Source: a virus
Taxonomy: Duplodnaviria > Caudoviricetes
Length of the DNA: 63,968 nucleotides
Strand: one strand, 5' to 3'
Virus record (IMG/VR): IMGVR_UViG_3300017707_001880
Location: 1-63,968 of that record
This document shows positions 26,605-36,872 of this stretch, piece by piece. Every line of letters begins with the position of its first letter. Positions within the stretch are counted from its first letter, which is position 1. Position numbers and translations under genes: made by a program. The notes below the pieces were generated by a model. The model did no database searches. It was not told the DNA's origin and saw only the letters and a program-made list of their open reading frames with translations.

Positions 26605-29600
26605 CAGAAATCATCCGGCACGGTTACGCCCGAGTCGCGTAGGCGCTTGATCGCTTCTTCTTTAGGGAACCCGCCCGCTACGGCCTTCTTCGCAATGCGG
26701 ATGGCCTGCGCCGCCTGCTCTGGCGTGGGCTGCGGCTTTGCGACTGCGGCCGGTGCGGGTGCCGGAGCATCGCCCCTTCCTGGCAGGGAGTTGTAGTCCT
26801 TTATGGCCTGCTCCATGGCGTTGCCACGGAAGGGAGGCATCTGGCTGTTCAACTGCCCAAGACGCCGAGCGATCCAATCGTCCCGTGCCTTGTCGGTGCT
26901 TGCCGTGGCCGCCGTGCCCTTGGCTTCCTGTTCGTTCTCCTTCAGGTCGAGCCCTCGGCCCTTGAAGAATGCGTCCTGGGCCAATGCCTGCGTTTTCAGG
27001 TCCACGCCTTGCTGCTGAAGGCCTGCCTGTATAACGCGCCAATCTCGGGTGGCGTCGGCGCGCACCTTGGCACGGTCATTCAGGCCTTGCTGAGTCATCC
27101 CTGTCCTACCGAGCGACCCAGCAACGAAGCGGGGGTCGCCGCCATCGGCGGGAAGCCACTCGCGCCCGTAGATGATCTGGCCATCCTCGCCTACCCTCTG
27201 GGCCTCTGCCCACGTCCCCTTCGCGCGGCTCCCGCCACTACCGGCCGCCCCGACCGCCGCGATCAGCTTGTTGGTCTGCGCCTCCGTTCGCAGGATATCA
27301 GCGTCCGTCTTCCGCTCCTGATTCGCCAGCCGCAGCCTCGCGATGTCCGCCATTTGCGCTCGATACCGTTCCATGGCAGCAGCGTTCGCCCGGCGGGCAG
27401 CAATGGCCTCGGCCGACGTGCGCTCTTTCCCGAATTGCTCCAGGCCCACCATGGCCCCGCGCCCGATGTTCGTCAGGGCGTTCGGGGACGTGCCGCCCAT
27501 GGTGCCGAGGCCGGCATACATCAGGGCGTTCCACGGGTTGCCGGCAGCCATGAAGCCGGGACGCTTCTCCGCAGGGGCACCGTCTTCCGGCGGGATCGGG
27601 GGAAGCGGCATGTCTTCTTCGTCTTCTATGAAGCCGCCCTCGGCCCGGCGCACAATGCCGCCAGCACGGTAACCGCCCATATCGGAACCGCCCATGTTGT
27701 CGGCCGCGTCCGACCCGCCGCCACCGGCGCCCCCACCGCCGCCGCTTTCTCCCGCGCCGCTCCCGCCACCCTCCGGGTTGTCGTTGAACCGGTCCCAATC
27801 CAGGATTGCCTGCCGCGCCGCGCGCATCTCGTCCATGGGATCGACCGGCGATGCCGCAGCCGGGACTGGCGGAGGGGGAGGAACATAGAAGTTCGGCTTG
27901 GCAAAAGACGCGCCGCGCATCTGCCCGGCCAGATAGTCGTCGACCCCACCGTTGCCGCCGAGACCCGCCATGGCCTGCTGAAGGATGGGCAGTTCGCCTG
28001 ATGCCATCTGCGGAACGCCGCTGCCCAAGCCCTGGCCGGGAGGACCAAAGTTCAGATAGGGGATGCGCGAGCCGGGCCGCGTGCCGGCCACCATGTCCAC
28101 GCTCGGGACGTCACCGCCGTCAGCGAAGGCATTGCCCACCATGCGGCCACCCATTCCGCCAAGCGTCGCGCCTATCGGGCCGCCGAAAATGCCCCCAGCC
28201 ACCGTACCGGCCAGCCCCAGGATGCTGCCCAACGGCCCAGGACCACCGCTTGTCGTCGACGTGGTGCCGGTCGACTGCAAGATGTTCGGTGTTTTGCCAA
28301 GCCCGCTTCGCCGGCCGGCCACTCGCATGCCATCAGCACCAGGGACAATGGAAAGCGTCAGATCCGGCTCGTCCGCATCGGGAAGCCAGTCGTAGTCCGC
28401 GTCAATCTCGCCGCCCTTGGCGTAGGGAACGCCGCCGCCGCGCTCGAACAGATTGGTCAACCACCCGTCGGCGCCGAAGCCTCCCGTGCCGCCAATGGCG
28501 CCCAACGCAGTCGCACCTAAGCCGGCAACCTGCGACAGGCCGCTCGGGCCCGGTGACGTCGTGGTGTTCGTGCTGCCGGCCGATCCACCCAGGCCGCTGG
28601 TGATGTTTGACAGCCAGCCTGTGGTCTGGAACGGATATTGCTGCGCCGCCATAAATTGCTGGTAGGGCACGTTCAACTGCCGCTGCGCCTGTTCCTGCTG
28701 GAGGGCGCCCATGCCGGCCATCGCCTGCGCGCCGGTCAACGTGCTGGACTGCGCCTCTCGGCCGAGCCCGGCCATGCCATACCCGGCCTGCTGGGCGAGG
28801 TTCGCCTGCGCCTGATTGGCGTTGAAGCCGAGGCCCTGCTGCCCCGTGAACAGGCCGAGCAACTGCGCCGCTGCCTGCTGGCGCTGCTGTGCATCGTTGG
28901 TCGCCCCCTGGAAGCCGAGGTTGCCCGCCGCCGTTGCCCCCTGCGTCTGCAACTGCGCTGCGTTCTGCGCCGCCCCCAGGCCGCTCTGGTAGCCGCGGTC
29001 CATGAGCCCGGCCAGCACCGGCGCCTGTGCCATCTGCTGTTCGCCCGCCAGGATGGCCTCCGCCACCGCCGACCGGTCGCCGCCCCATGCGCCACGGGAG
29101 ATGGCGTTTCCAACCACGCCCTGCCGCTGCTGTTCGTTCGAGTTCCCGAACTGCCGGCGCGTCGCATCGACCACGGACTCGGTGTAGGGCGACATCCAGG
29201 GAGCGATCGACTGCGGCGTGAAGGACGATGCGGCGTCCATGATCCCGCGCCCGCCCGCGCTGGCGGCGTCCGTGATGCCCGAGCCCGTGGCCTGCTGGAG
29301 GTTCTGGAGGCTCGACGCCACCTGCCCCTGGAGCAGGTTCTGGGAAAGCTGGGGCACGCCATTGAGCAGCGGGCCGGTGGACTGGTCGATGTAGTTGGCG
29401 GCCTGGTTGATGTAGGGGGCGGAGATTCCCTGCGCTCCTCGCACCGTGTTCATTGCCGCCATCTGATCCGGCGAGAAACCGGCAACGGTCTGGCCTGGAT
29501 AGGCCTCGTATGGCGTGGCCGCGACCTGCTCGGCCCGGTTCACCACCCTGCCATAGGCGTCGAGGAAGACCTGCGGCGGCCCGTTCTGGGATACAGTCGT

Positions 29601-29621
29601 CTGCGGGCTGCCGCCGGACAT
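26604..29621 (-). CDS. Ejection/pilot-like internal virion protein
   Basis: Q/A/G-rich; N-terminal YEAYPGQTVAGFSPDQ, GAWGGDR; located between tail genes and the giant protein. Confidence 0.75.
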   Translation of the reverse strand: MSGGSPQTTVSQNGPPQVFLDAYGRVVNRAEQVAATPYEAYPGQTVAGFSPDQMAAMNTVRGAQGISAPYINQAANYIDQSTGPLLNGVPQLSQNLLQGQVASSLQNLQQATGSGITDAASAGGRGIMDAASSFTPQSIAPWMSPYTESVVDATRRQFGNSNEQQRQGVVGNAISRGAWGGDRSAVAEAILAGEQQMAQAPVLAGLMDRGYQSGLGAAQNAAQLQTQGATAAGNLGFQGATNDAQQRQQAAAQLLGLFTGQQGLGFNANQAQANLAQQAGYGMAGLGREAQSSTLTGAQAMAGMGALQQEQAQRQLNVPYQQFMAAQQYPFQTTGWLSNITSGLGGSAGSTNTTTSPGPSGLSQVAGLGATALGAIGGTGGFGADGWLTNLFERGGGVPYAKGGEIDADYDWLPDADEPDLTLSIVPGADGMRVAGRRSGLGKTPNILQSTGTTSTTSGGPGPLGSILGLAGTVAGGIFGGPIGATLGGMGGRMVGNAFADGGDVPSVDMVAGTRPGSRIPYLNFGPPGQGLGSGVPQMASGELPILQQAMAGLGGNGGVDDYLAGQMRGASFAKPNFYVPPPPPVPAAASPVDPMDEMRAARQAILDWDRFNDNPEGGGSGAGESGGGGGAGGGGSDAADNMGGSDMGGYRAGGIVRRAEGGFIEDEEDMPLPPIPPEDGAPAEKRPGFMAAGNPWNALMYAGLGTMGGTSPNALTNIGRGAMVGLEQFGKERTSAEAIAARRANAAAMERYRAQMADIARLRLANQERKTDADILRTEAQTNKLIAAVGAAGSGGSRAKGTWAEAQRVGEDGQIIYGREWLPADGGDPRFVAGSLGRTGMTQQGLNDRAKVRADATRDWRVIQAGLQQQGVDLKTQALAQDAFFKGRGLDLKENEQEAKGTAATASTDKARDDWIARRLGQLNSQMPPFRGNAMEQAIKDYNSLPGRGDAPAPAPAAVAKPQPTPEQAAQAIRIAKKAVAGGFPKEEAIKRLRDSGVTVPDDF

Positions 29622-29624
29622 TGC

Positions 29625-30272
29625 CTACCTGCCTTTCATATCAGGCGGCGGGTAGATGTATGCCGCCCCCGCCATGCGGAACTTCCGCGAGTATAGACGC
29701 ATTTTGGACACGACGCGCCATGCGCCGAGAACACCGTTCAGGAGGTAGACGCGCGAGCCCTGCACTCGGCTCCACTCGTCGACCACCCACTTCTGGAAGT
29801 CCATCAGGTCGTCGATCATGTCGGTCCGGCGATGGTCGGGATGCACGTAGCAAACCAGTTCCTGCATGACCCACTGGTTGCTCCACCACCACTGCGTCGG
29901 CACCATGACGCACACCGCCACCGGCTTCTTGTCCGGGCCGTCAATGACGCCCACGATGCCGCCCTGCCGCCGCGTGCCGAGGTGAACATGCTGAAGCATC
30001 CGGTCAGGATCCGGGATCGCCACATGCGCGGCGTTGTCCTCCACATCCATCATCAGTAAGTCCATGACCGCAGGTTCATCCGCAATGTTCGCCACCCGCA
30101 CCGCCTTGGGCTTGGCCGCCGGCAGCACCGGGTTCTCGCGATCGTCCCAGGTCTTCAGCCACGCGAGCAGTTCCTTCTGCCCTTTCCGCGCATCACCACC
30201 ACCCAGGCGCTCCAGGTGGAGGCGACGCACGACCATGCCGCCGGCGTCCTCGCTTGCGGCATCGGCAGTCAC
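29625..30272 (-). CDS. GNAT-like acetyltransferase fold virion-associated protein
   Basis: VRVANIADEPAVMDLL...ELVCYVHPDHRR. Confidence 0.65.
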   Translation of the reverse strand: MTADAASEDAGGMVVRRLHLERLGGGDARKGQKELLAWLKTWDDRENPVLPAAKPKAVRVANIADEPAVMDLLMMDVEDNAAHVAIPDPDRMLQHVHLGTRRQGGIVGVIDGPDKKPVAVCVMVPTQWWWSNQWVMQELVCYVHPDHRRTDMIDDLMDFQKWVVDEWSRVQGSRVYLLNGVLGAWRVVSKMRLYSRKFRMAGAAYIYPPPDMKGR

Positions 30273-30811
30273 GATTTCACCGGGCCCGGCAGCTTCCGCA
30301 ACTTGCGGATGTGCTTTCGCCTCTGATCCACCACCCACCGATCGAACCATTGAACCCCCTTCTTGTGGTCGCCTCGGCCGAACCCGCTCACTTCGTCCGG
30401 CTTCACGACAAACTCGCCATCGGACAGCAGCACCGGGGACGCACCCTCTGGCACCCCGCCACCCTGCGCCCGCATCATAGACCGCCGGGCGATCATGTCC
30501 TGGATTGCGCGCGCACCGGCTGCGCTGTTTCCTTCCCCGAGCGCCGAAACGATATCGGCCGGGATCACATAGGCGCCCGCGGGGGCCACGGTCCGCAGCC
30601 GGTCCGCCCGGCCGGCAGTGTCCCCATCCAGGAAGCCTTCCGCAATGCCAGGACGATGCGTGTCCCCCAGGGCACCGCCCCGCGCGCGCCGGTTACGCCG
30701 CTGAATGTCCAGGGCAATAGCAACCGCCTGCTTGGGGTCATACTTCTCGGACCGCAACTGACGGATGTTGTCGGACACGGCCTCCTTCGAGGCAGACTTA
30801 CGCAGGGGCAT
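30269..30811 (-). CDS. Protein with tape-measure C-terminal-like GEFVV modules
   Basis: MPLRKSASKEAVSDNIRQL; GDTAGRADRL..GAYVIPADIVS; LLSDGEFVVKPDEV. Confidence 0.7.
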   Translation of the reverse strand: MPLRKSASKEAVSDNIRQLRSEKYDPKQAVAIALDIQRRNRRARGGALGDTHRPGIAEGFLDGDTAGRADRLRTVAPAGAYVIPADIVSALGEGNSAAGARAIQDMIARRSMMRAQGGGVPEGASPVLLSDGEFVVKPDEVSGFGRGDHKKGVQWFDRWVVDQRRKHIRKLRKLPGPVKS

Positions 30812-31097
30812 TTTCCGGTCCTACTGTCGGCTCCATGTCCTTTGCGGAACTATTCATCAGAATGGCGTGTGATGCCGCAGCAAGGCCTCCGACGAGCATC
30901 ACATCCTGCGATCCCGAATTGGATGCGTACCGGTAGGCGATGTTCGTGTTTGGCCGCACTCCCGTCATCGCCACAGCCATGAACTCGCCGCGCCTCGCAC
31001 GCGCCAGCCAGTCCTCCAACGCCTCAACCACAGACGGATAGGCTCCGCCTTCCGGAATGTCCTGCCCCCAAAGCGGGACGATCTTTGCAGTTTCCAT
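30798..31097 (-). CDS. Hypothetical protein
   Basis: VVEALEDWLARARRGEFMAVAM. Confidence 0.55.
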   Translation of the reverse strand: METAKIVPLWGQDIPEGGAYPSVVEALEDWLARARRGEFMAVAMTGVRPNTNIAYRYASNSGSQDVMLVGGLAAASHAILMNSSAKDMEPTVGPENAPA

Positions 31098-31107
31098 GGG
31101 CACCCTC

Positions 31108-31770
31108 TCAGTTCACGAAGAACACGGACATGCCGTGCCCGAGCACATCGTTTGCCGCCCCGGTCGTCGGGCTCGCGCCCGTCACCTTCAGCACGATAGC
31201 GCCCGTCGTTACCTCGGTCCCGATCAACGGCACCGGCACCGGGAACGGCGTGCTGCCGGCCATGCCGAACCCGCTCCCGATCTGCGCCGACGCGCCGGTC
31301 CGGTTGAGCATCAGCCGCGCGTTCCACCCGACGTTGTTGTTCGTCAGCACGCCCGACGAGAACACCAGCGACGTCCCGAACCACAGCTTGACCGTCTTGT
31401 CGTTGCCGTTCGCCGCGAAGGACCCGAAGGCCTCGATCACGATGCCCTGGTTGTTCGCATCCAGGCACGACGCCGGCAGCGTGTAGGTGAACAGCGTGTC
31501 GTCCGTCAGGTCCGCCAGGTTCCCGATCCCGGCGGCAGAGCTCTGCTTCGACAGCGCGCCCATGGGCAGGAAAGTGGTCGAGGACGTGGCGCCGGCATTG
31601 ATCAGCGGCGGCGGCTTGAAGGTGTTGGTCCCGGTCCAGACGTTGTTCGAGGACGTCGAGATGTAGGAGGAACCCAGGCGGTCGTAGATGGCCCCAAGCT
31701 GGCGCAGGATGTTGGTCAACTGCACGTTGGTCTGATCCAGGCCCTCGACCTTCACGGACGGGAACATCAC
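31108..31770 (-). CDS. Tail-associated structural protein
   Basis: NVWTGTNTF fibre-like motif followed by a beta-rich domain. Confidence 0.65.
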   Translation of the reverse strand: MMFPSVKVEGLDQTNVQLTNILRQLGAIYDRLGSSYISTSSNNVWTGTNTFKPPPLINAGATSSTTFLPMGALSKQSSAAGIGNLADLTDDTLFTYTLPASCLDANNQGIVIEAFGSFAANGNDKTVKLWFGTSLVFSSGVLTNNNVGWNARLMLNRTGASAQIGSGFGMAGSTPFPVPVPLIGTEVTTGAIVLKVTGASPTTGAANDVLGHGMSVFFVN

Positions 31771-33782
31771 CGCCGGCCCTCCCTTTGAATCTCAGCCAGC
31801 GGTTTGCCATAGCGCCAGAAGGTGTTGAGCGTGGTGCATTGCACCTTGAACTGCATCACCCGGCCACGGGCACGCACGATGAAGTAGGGCGTCTCGGCCG
31901 TCACCGTGTAGGGCCCATAGGTGCGGACGGGATACCCCGCGCTCGGCACCAGCATGTCCGACACGTAGACCGTGATCTGCACCACCCCGCCTTCCGACAG
32001 CGTGAAGTCCGGCAGGATGCGCTTCAGGGTGACAAATTCCTCCCCCTCGCTCATCTGGAAGAAGCCGGTCAGGAACCAGCTATCCAGCGGGTCGCCGTCG
32101 AAGTCATACGACGTCTCAAACTGCTGGATCAGGTTGTTGTAGTCAGCCCCGACCGGCGTGCCGACCACGGACTGGTCCGCCCAGGCCGACAACATCAGGG
32201 ATCCCGAGCCGACATCCCATAGGTTCTCCAGCGAGTTCCATTTGACATAGGCGTTGCACACGCCCTCGCTGCCCTGCGTCGGATACCACCACGCAAATTC
32301 GGACATCGACGAGTTGACCGCACAGAACACGGCGTCCTGGTAGTTCTTGTCGATGTTGTTGAAGATGAAGTCATGCACCTCGCATGGCAGAGTCTGCACG
32401 CCGCCACCCCGGTAGACGAAGAACTCGTCCTGCGACATCCAGGCCACCAGGGAACCCAGGACGCCAACCGCTCGCGGGGCAAGCAGTCCGCTGTTCTCCC
32501 CGATCCGGTTGAAGCCGTAGATCAGCGGGAAGCCCACATAGGTCATCGACCACAGATCCAGGTCCGTCCAGATCAGCCCGGACAGCCCGTTCCACAGGCC
32601 GGACTGGATGCGGGAGCCCGAGGACAGCCGGAACGTGCCCGCCTGGTTGATGCTGGTCGCCGTCCAGTCGTTCAGGTCCGCGACGTCGCACCAGCCAATC
32701 AGCAGGTCGTCCTGCTCCAGGAGCGTGGCCGAGTAGATGCCCCACGCCACCGCCTGCTGCTGCGGCGCGGCGACGAACACGCCGTTCATGGCGGAGGGGG
32801 CGCCGGCCACCGGCGTGGCCACGTTCCCCAGGGCCACCGGCGGCGTCCATTCGTAGAGCGTGCCCTGCGCATAAGCCGCAATCAGGTTTTCGCCCCACAG
32901 GGCCAGCCACCAAGTAACGGGCACAACAGGCGAACCGGGCGTGCCAATCCCATAAGGGCCCGCACTGTAAGATCCCGAACCGTAAGACCCCGTCGTGGCA
33001 TCCCCGGCCGGCAGCACCAGGAGATATTCGATGCGGACGTCTCCGCCGTTCTCCTGCGCCGTGGCCGTGCTGGATGCCACCTCATCGTCCGCGATCGTAT
33101 AGAGCGGCCCCACCGCGACCGTGACCGGATAGTAGCCCTCGATGTCGATGCCGCCGACCGTCGTGGTGACGCCCACGATCAGGGCCTGGCCGTCGACGAA
33201 GGTGGCCGCACCCAGGGTGATTTCGACGATGTTGGACAGGTTCGTGGTGTCGAACGTCAGGACGTCTCCGCCCCCGACCACGCCCGCTATCGCTGGCGTT
33301 CCCACCTCAATGTCGTAGGTGCCAGTCCCCACGCTCACAATCTGGTAGAGACCCTGGAGCGTGATACCGTCCACATAAGCAATGTTCACAATATTGATCC
33401 ACTGCCCGACCGCCGGCGCGAACAAGCCGTCCGTGATCGTAACCGTGGTCGATGCAGCCACCGTCGTGAACGGCAACGTCAGGTCGCTGGTCGCTTCGAG
33501 AGGTTGGATCGGGTAAATCTCCCCGTCCTGGTAGACCTGAAGCAACTCAGTCGTGCCAATCCCGATGTATTGCCGCTGGCTCAGGTCAGCCCACGGTAGC
33601 AACGACCGGGCCGTGCCGATGAACTGCGAATTGGACAACCGCACACAGCCGCCGAGCTTCTGAATCTGGCCCATCTTGTGCCGGATCAGGTTCGACATAT
33701 TCACCCCGGCCCCGGTCTGGAGCGCGGTCGATTGCGTCGAGACGCCGGGCTTCAGCGCCAGGGAGAAGGGGATCAGGCTCAT
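31767..33782 (-). CDS. Podovirus tail nozzle/stabilisation protein (P22 gp10-like)
   Basis: LKPGVST...IQKLGG; WGENLIA; WCDVADLNDWTAT..NQAG; LIWTD; ILPDF; RARGRVMQF. Confidence 0.8.
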   Translation of the reverse strand: MSLIPFSLALKPGVSTQSTALQTGAGVNMSNLIRHKMGQIQKLGGCVRLSNSQFIGTARSLLPWADLSQRQYIGIGTTELLQVYQDGEIYPIQPLEATSDLTLPFTTVAASTTVTITDGLFAPAVGQWINIVNIAYVDGITLQGLYQIVSVGTGTYDIEVGTPAIAGVVGGGDVLTFDTTNLSNIVEITLGAATFVDGQALIVGVTTTVGGIDIEGYYPVTVAVGPLYTIADDEVASSTATAQENGGDVRIEYLLVLPAGDATTGSYGSGSYSAGPYGIGTPGSPVVPVTWWLALWGENLIAAYAQGTLYEWTPPVALGNVATPVAGAPSAMNGVFVAAPQQQAVAWGIYSATLLEQDDLLIGWCDVADLNDWTATSINQAGTFRLSSGSRIQSGLWNGLSGLIWTDLDLWSMTYVGFPLIYGFNRIGENSGLLAPRAVGVLGSLVAWMSQDEFFVYRGGGVQTLPCEVHDFIFNNIDKNYQDAVFCAVNSSMSEFAWWYPTQGSEGVCNAYVKWNSLENLWDVGSGSLMLSAWADQSVVGTPVGADYNNLIQQFETSYDFDGDPLDSWFLTGFFQMSEGEEFVTLKRILPDFTLSEGGVVQITVYVSDMLVPSAGYPVRTYGPYTVTAETPYFIVRARGRVMQFKVQCTTLNTFWRYGKPLAEIQREGRR

Positions 33783-34537
33783 GTGCGCGGCGGCGTGGCA
33801 AGCGGGGTCGGGTTGTTCGGCGTCCACCCGGTCCCCTGGCCGCGCATCCTCTGTTCCTGCGCAATCGCGGACGCCAGGAGCGTCTGATACTGATTCTCGT
33901 GCGACACCGACTGCTGCGGGTCGGAGGACTGCGGGCCGTAGTTCCGCTCCAACCACCCTGTCAGCCACACCATGATCGCGGTCTCCAGCAATTCCGGGTA
34001 GGTCGTAGACAGGTAGGTGGTCTGGTTCGCGTCGCTGATCGGTTCCGGCTGGAACAGGCCCGTGATTTCCGCCCGGTAGGCGGCGTCGGGCGTGGGACAG
34101 ATGACGATGGTGTGATCGTCCTTCATCGCCCACCAGCGCCCGCGATACTCGGCCGCCACAGGGGAGAGGGTGGTGGCCTCGGTCGGCCATACCGTGTCGA
34201 TGAAATCCAGCGACGTCAGTTGATACTGGTAGCGCGTGCCGGCCGCGGGCAGCGTCGCCGCCGGCATGATCAGCGCCACACCTTCAGGCACCAGCACCGG
34301 CAACGGCGTCATGGCCGACAGGTCGATGGTCCGGGATCCGCTCACCGTCGACAGGCTGCTGTTCTGCGTCCGGGCACACAGCGGCGTCATCTCGCGATAG
34401 ATGCGGTTCTCCGCGTAACTCGTGCCCTGGGGGAACAGAACCTCGAAATCAGGGGGCACGTCGGTGTAGGGCGACGGCGCCTGCGTCAGGGCGACGATTA
34501 CCGCCTCGCGGATGCTGTCCCAGGTCTGCGCAGCCAC
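33779..34537 (-). CDS. Tail adaptor/tubular protein
   Basis: AENRIYRE...PTPDAAY...TTYLSTTYPELL. Confidence 0.7.
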   Translation of the reverse strand: MAAQTWDSIREAVIVALTQAPSPYTDVPPDFEVLFPQGTSYAENRIYREMTPLCARTQNSSLSTVSGSRTIDLSAMTPLPVLVPEGVALIMPAATLPAAGTRYQYQLTSLDFIDTVWPTEATTLSPVAAEYRGRWWAMKDDHTIVICPTPDAAYRAEITGLFQPEPISDANQTTYLSTTYPELLETAIMVWLTGWLERNYGPQSSDPQQSVSHENQYQTLLASAIAQEQRMRGQGTGWTPNNPTPLATPPRT

Positions 34538-34538
34538 C

Positions 34539-35237
34539 TCATACCTCCCACGCCCATAGCATCGTGCCGACCGCCAGGCTGACCGCCGAAATCACGCCAG
34601 CCCAGGGCGTGCCGTTGCCCTGCGCCGTTGCCCAGAACATAGCCTGTCCCGGACCCAGCATCACGTTCGCATCAGCGCCCCAGACCGCGGTGCCCGTGGC
34701 TATCGCGATCGGGGACACGAACGGGTTGTAGAGCGCAACCCAGGAGCGCGCCACATTCGCCGCCATCACCTGCTGCGACACCTGTGCCGTCGCGATCGTG
34801 ATGGACTGATCCACCTCAGTGCCGGGCGTGGCCACCCCAGACGCAACCGCGATCGCCGCCAGGGCTTCCGACTTCGTGGTGGGAATGCGCCCGATCGCCG
34901 GCGCACCCAGGACGTAGACCGAGAACCCCAGGTTGAACGGTGCCGCCGGCACATTGCCGCCCTCCAGCGCCGGGAGGGTTGTATAGACGTCCGGCCGGGG
35001 GTTGATGCGCGGGACGGGATCAGGCGGCAGAACGACGGTGCGGAACTGCTCCTGCGGCACGTCATTGCAGCTTGCGCACACCAGTATCCCGAGATCCTGC
35101 AAGGCTGGACCGGTCCACTGGAACTGGCGGCTGAGGTCGTTCAAGAGGTAGCGCACGCCACAACGGTCGCAGACTGCCTGAGCAGTGGGACGCTTTGGAT
35201 CGATCCGCGCGCGTCCCGTGCGGTTCCCGAACCCCAC
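34539..35237 (-). CDS. Zn-ribbon head-completion-like protein
   Basis: AVCDRCG...LVCASCND...PPDPVPRINPRP. Confidence 0.65.
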   Translation of the reverse strand: MGFGNRTGRARIDPKRPTAQAVCDRCGVRYLLNDLSRQFQWTGPALQDLGILVCASCNDVPQEQFRTVVLPPDPVPRINPRPDVYTTLPALEGGNVPAAPFNLGFSVYVLGAPAIGRIPTTKSEALAAIAVASGVATPGTEVDQSITIATAQVSQQVMAANVARSWVALYNPFVSPIAIATGTAVWGADANVMLGPGQAMFWATAQGNGTPWAGVISAVSLAVGTMLWAWEV

Positions 35238-35239
35238 CC

Positions 35240-35947
35240 TCAGAGCCGCCCGTACATGCCGACGTTCGGCGCCATCAGGGCGCTGCCCACTTCTTGATCA
35301 TTGGCCGTGAACTCGGACCATGCCTCGGCCGCATCCGCCTTGCGCGCGGCGACGACGCCGGGCTCGGAGAACTTGATGGCCAGCCGGTGCGCCAACGCGG
35401 CGCACAGTGCGTCATAAGCCCGGTAGGGAATGTCAGGGGTCTGGCCGCCGGTCGGGCTGGCATCCTCCATCCGCAGCAACCCGTACCACACCAGGATGTA
35501 GTCGGGCGCACCAGCGGACGGCACGGGATAGAGTGTGATCTGCGGCACGGGCAGGCGCTGGAACCAGTATTGCGTGGGAACGCCGAGCGTGCCCTTTGCG
35601 GGCATCATCGCATACTGCTGGCGCGTGAGCGTCATCATGTAGCGGTCGGTGTCATCCTGCGCCGATGAACCGCCCACCGTCCGGTAGGTCAGGTCCGTCA
35701 GCAATTCCATCTGCTGCGGCAGGGGGTAGGTCGCCGTGCCGGTCACCAGATTGATGGTGCCGCTGGTGACCTTCCACAAATTGATCCCGGCGTTTCCCCA
35801 TCGGGTCAACTCAAGGTTCAGGCTTTGATGGGCGCTGGTCAGGTGGGACCGGGTGAGCGCCGGTCCCCTGATTTGAATGCGGTCGAACGCCTCAGACAGA
35901 AGCTGGGCATTCGCCATCTCGAAGGCATAGGTGCCGGAAGTGGTCAT
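35240..35947 (-). CDS. Head-to-tail adaptor
   Basis: MTTSGTYAF...SLNLELTRWGNAGINLW...PTQYWFQR...LYPVP. Confidence 0.75.
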   Translation of the reverse strand: MTTSGTYAFEMANAQLLSEAFDRIQIRGPALTRSHLTSAHQSLNLELTRWGNAGINLWKVTSGTINLVTGTATYPLPQQMELLTDLTYRTVGGSSAQDDTDRYMMTLTRQQYAMMPAKGTLGVPTQYWFQRLPVPQITLYPVPSAGAPDYILVWYGLLRMEDASPTGGQTPDIPYRAYDALCAALAHRLAIKFSEPGVVAARKADAAEAWSEFTANDQEVGSALMAPNVGMYGRL

Positions 35948-35972
35948 TGCTCACGCCCCCATGGCGGGGCCG

Positions 35973-36167
35973 TTACCGGCTCCGGTAGCTGGTCTTGTCC
36001 TTGCCCGCCGCGTGGGTGTCCACCGGCATCGTGCCGCCCTCATAGGGCTTCTTCTTCATGTTGCCCGCACCGGACAGGGGGGCAGAGGGGGTCATCGCTC
36101 CACCGCGGGCACGACGCGCCAGGCCGGGCGCTTCCTTCATGGCCATGGGCTGCTTCATCTTCTTCAT
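35973..36167 (-). CDS. Small basic late protein with RARGG motif
   Basis: AAGGAG RBS; RRARGGAMTPSAPLSGAG. Confidence 0.6.
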   Translation of the reverse strand: MKKMKQPMAMKEAPGLARRARGGAMTPSAPLSGAGNMKKKPYEGGTMPVDTHAAGKDKTSYRSR

Positions 36168-36178
36168 GGGTCCGCTCC

Positions 36179-36871
36179 TTACGAGATAATGCCGGCTTGC
36201 ATCGACTGCATCGTAACCTGTCCCGTGCCAGCCGTCACGGTTACACGATGGGCCATGACGGGCTGATTGGCGAAGTTGCCGTCAGCCGTCGCATTAAGCC
36301 CGCGCAGGGTGGGGTGCTTCCAGGCGGTCGGGGGCACGTAGGACGTCGGCAGCAACGAGAACTGCTGCGGTTCGGCCTCCTGCGACGTCCCGGTCTTGTT
36401 GGGATCGTCGTAGGTGTACTCGACATCGTAGGTCGCCGTGCCGCTGTCGATTATGACCGCGACGGACAGCGCCCAGAACGCGGCCAGGAAGTTGTCGGAA
36501 ATCCAGACCGAGGACCCGACGCCGTTGGTCCCTACCGTGATGTTCCCGAGGCACGCGGCAGAGGCGTAGACGACCGACACGTCAGCATAGTCCAGTGCCG
36601 TGTAGGCGTCCGTCCCGGCCGTAAGCCCCGTGATGTTCTCCGCCTGGACGATGCCGTCCCGACTGAGCCCGACGATGGTGAACACCACCGCCGCGTTGTT
36701 GCCCGACGACGCCACCAAGACGCGCCGAGGCGCATCGAAGATGGCGACACCTGCGACGACCAGGGAACCGTTGAGCGTCAGGTTCCCGGCCGCCCCCACA
36801 GCCTGGGCGAGGCAGACGCCATTGGCGACCGCCGCATCCAGTTGGAGGCTGATGGAGGACGGGTTCCCCAT
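36179..36871 (-). CDS. Structural beta-rich protein
   Basis: Paralog-like similarity to 40368-41633 (AQAV..AG); located in the late operon. Confidence 0.7.
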   Translation of the reverse strand: MGNPSSISLQLDAAVANGVCLAQAVGAAGNLTLNGSLVVAGVAIFDAPRRVLVASSGNNAAVVFTIVGLSRDGIVQAENITGLTAGTDAYTALDYADVSVVYASAACLGNITVGTNGVGSSVWISDNFLAAFWALSVAVIIDSGTATYDVEYTYDDPNKTGTSQEAEPQQFSLLPTSYVPPTAWKHPTLRGLNATADGNFANQPVMAHRVTVTAGTGQVTMQSMQAGIIS

Positions 36872-36872
36872 C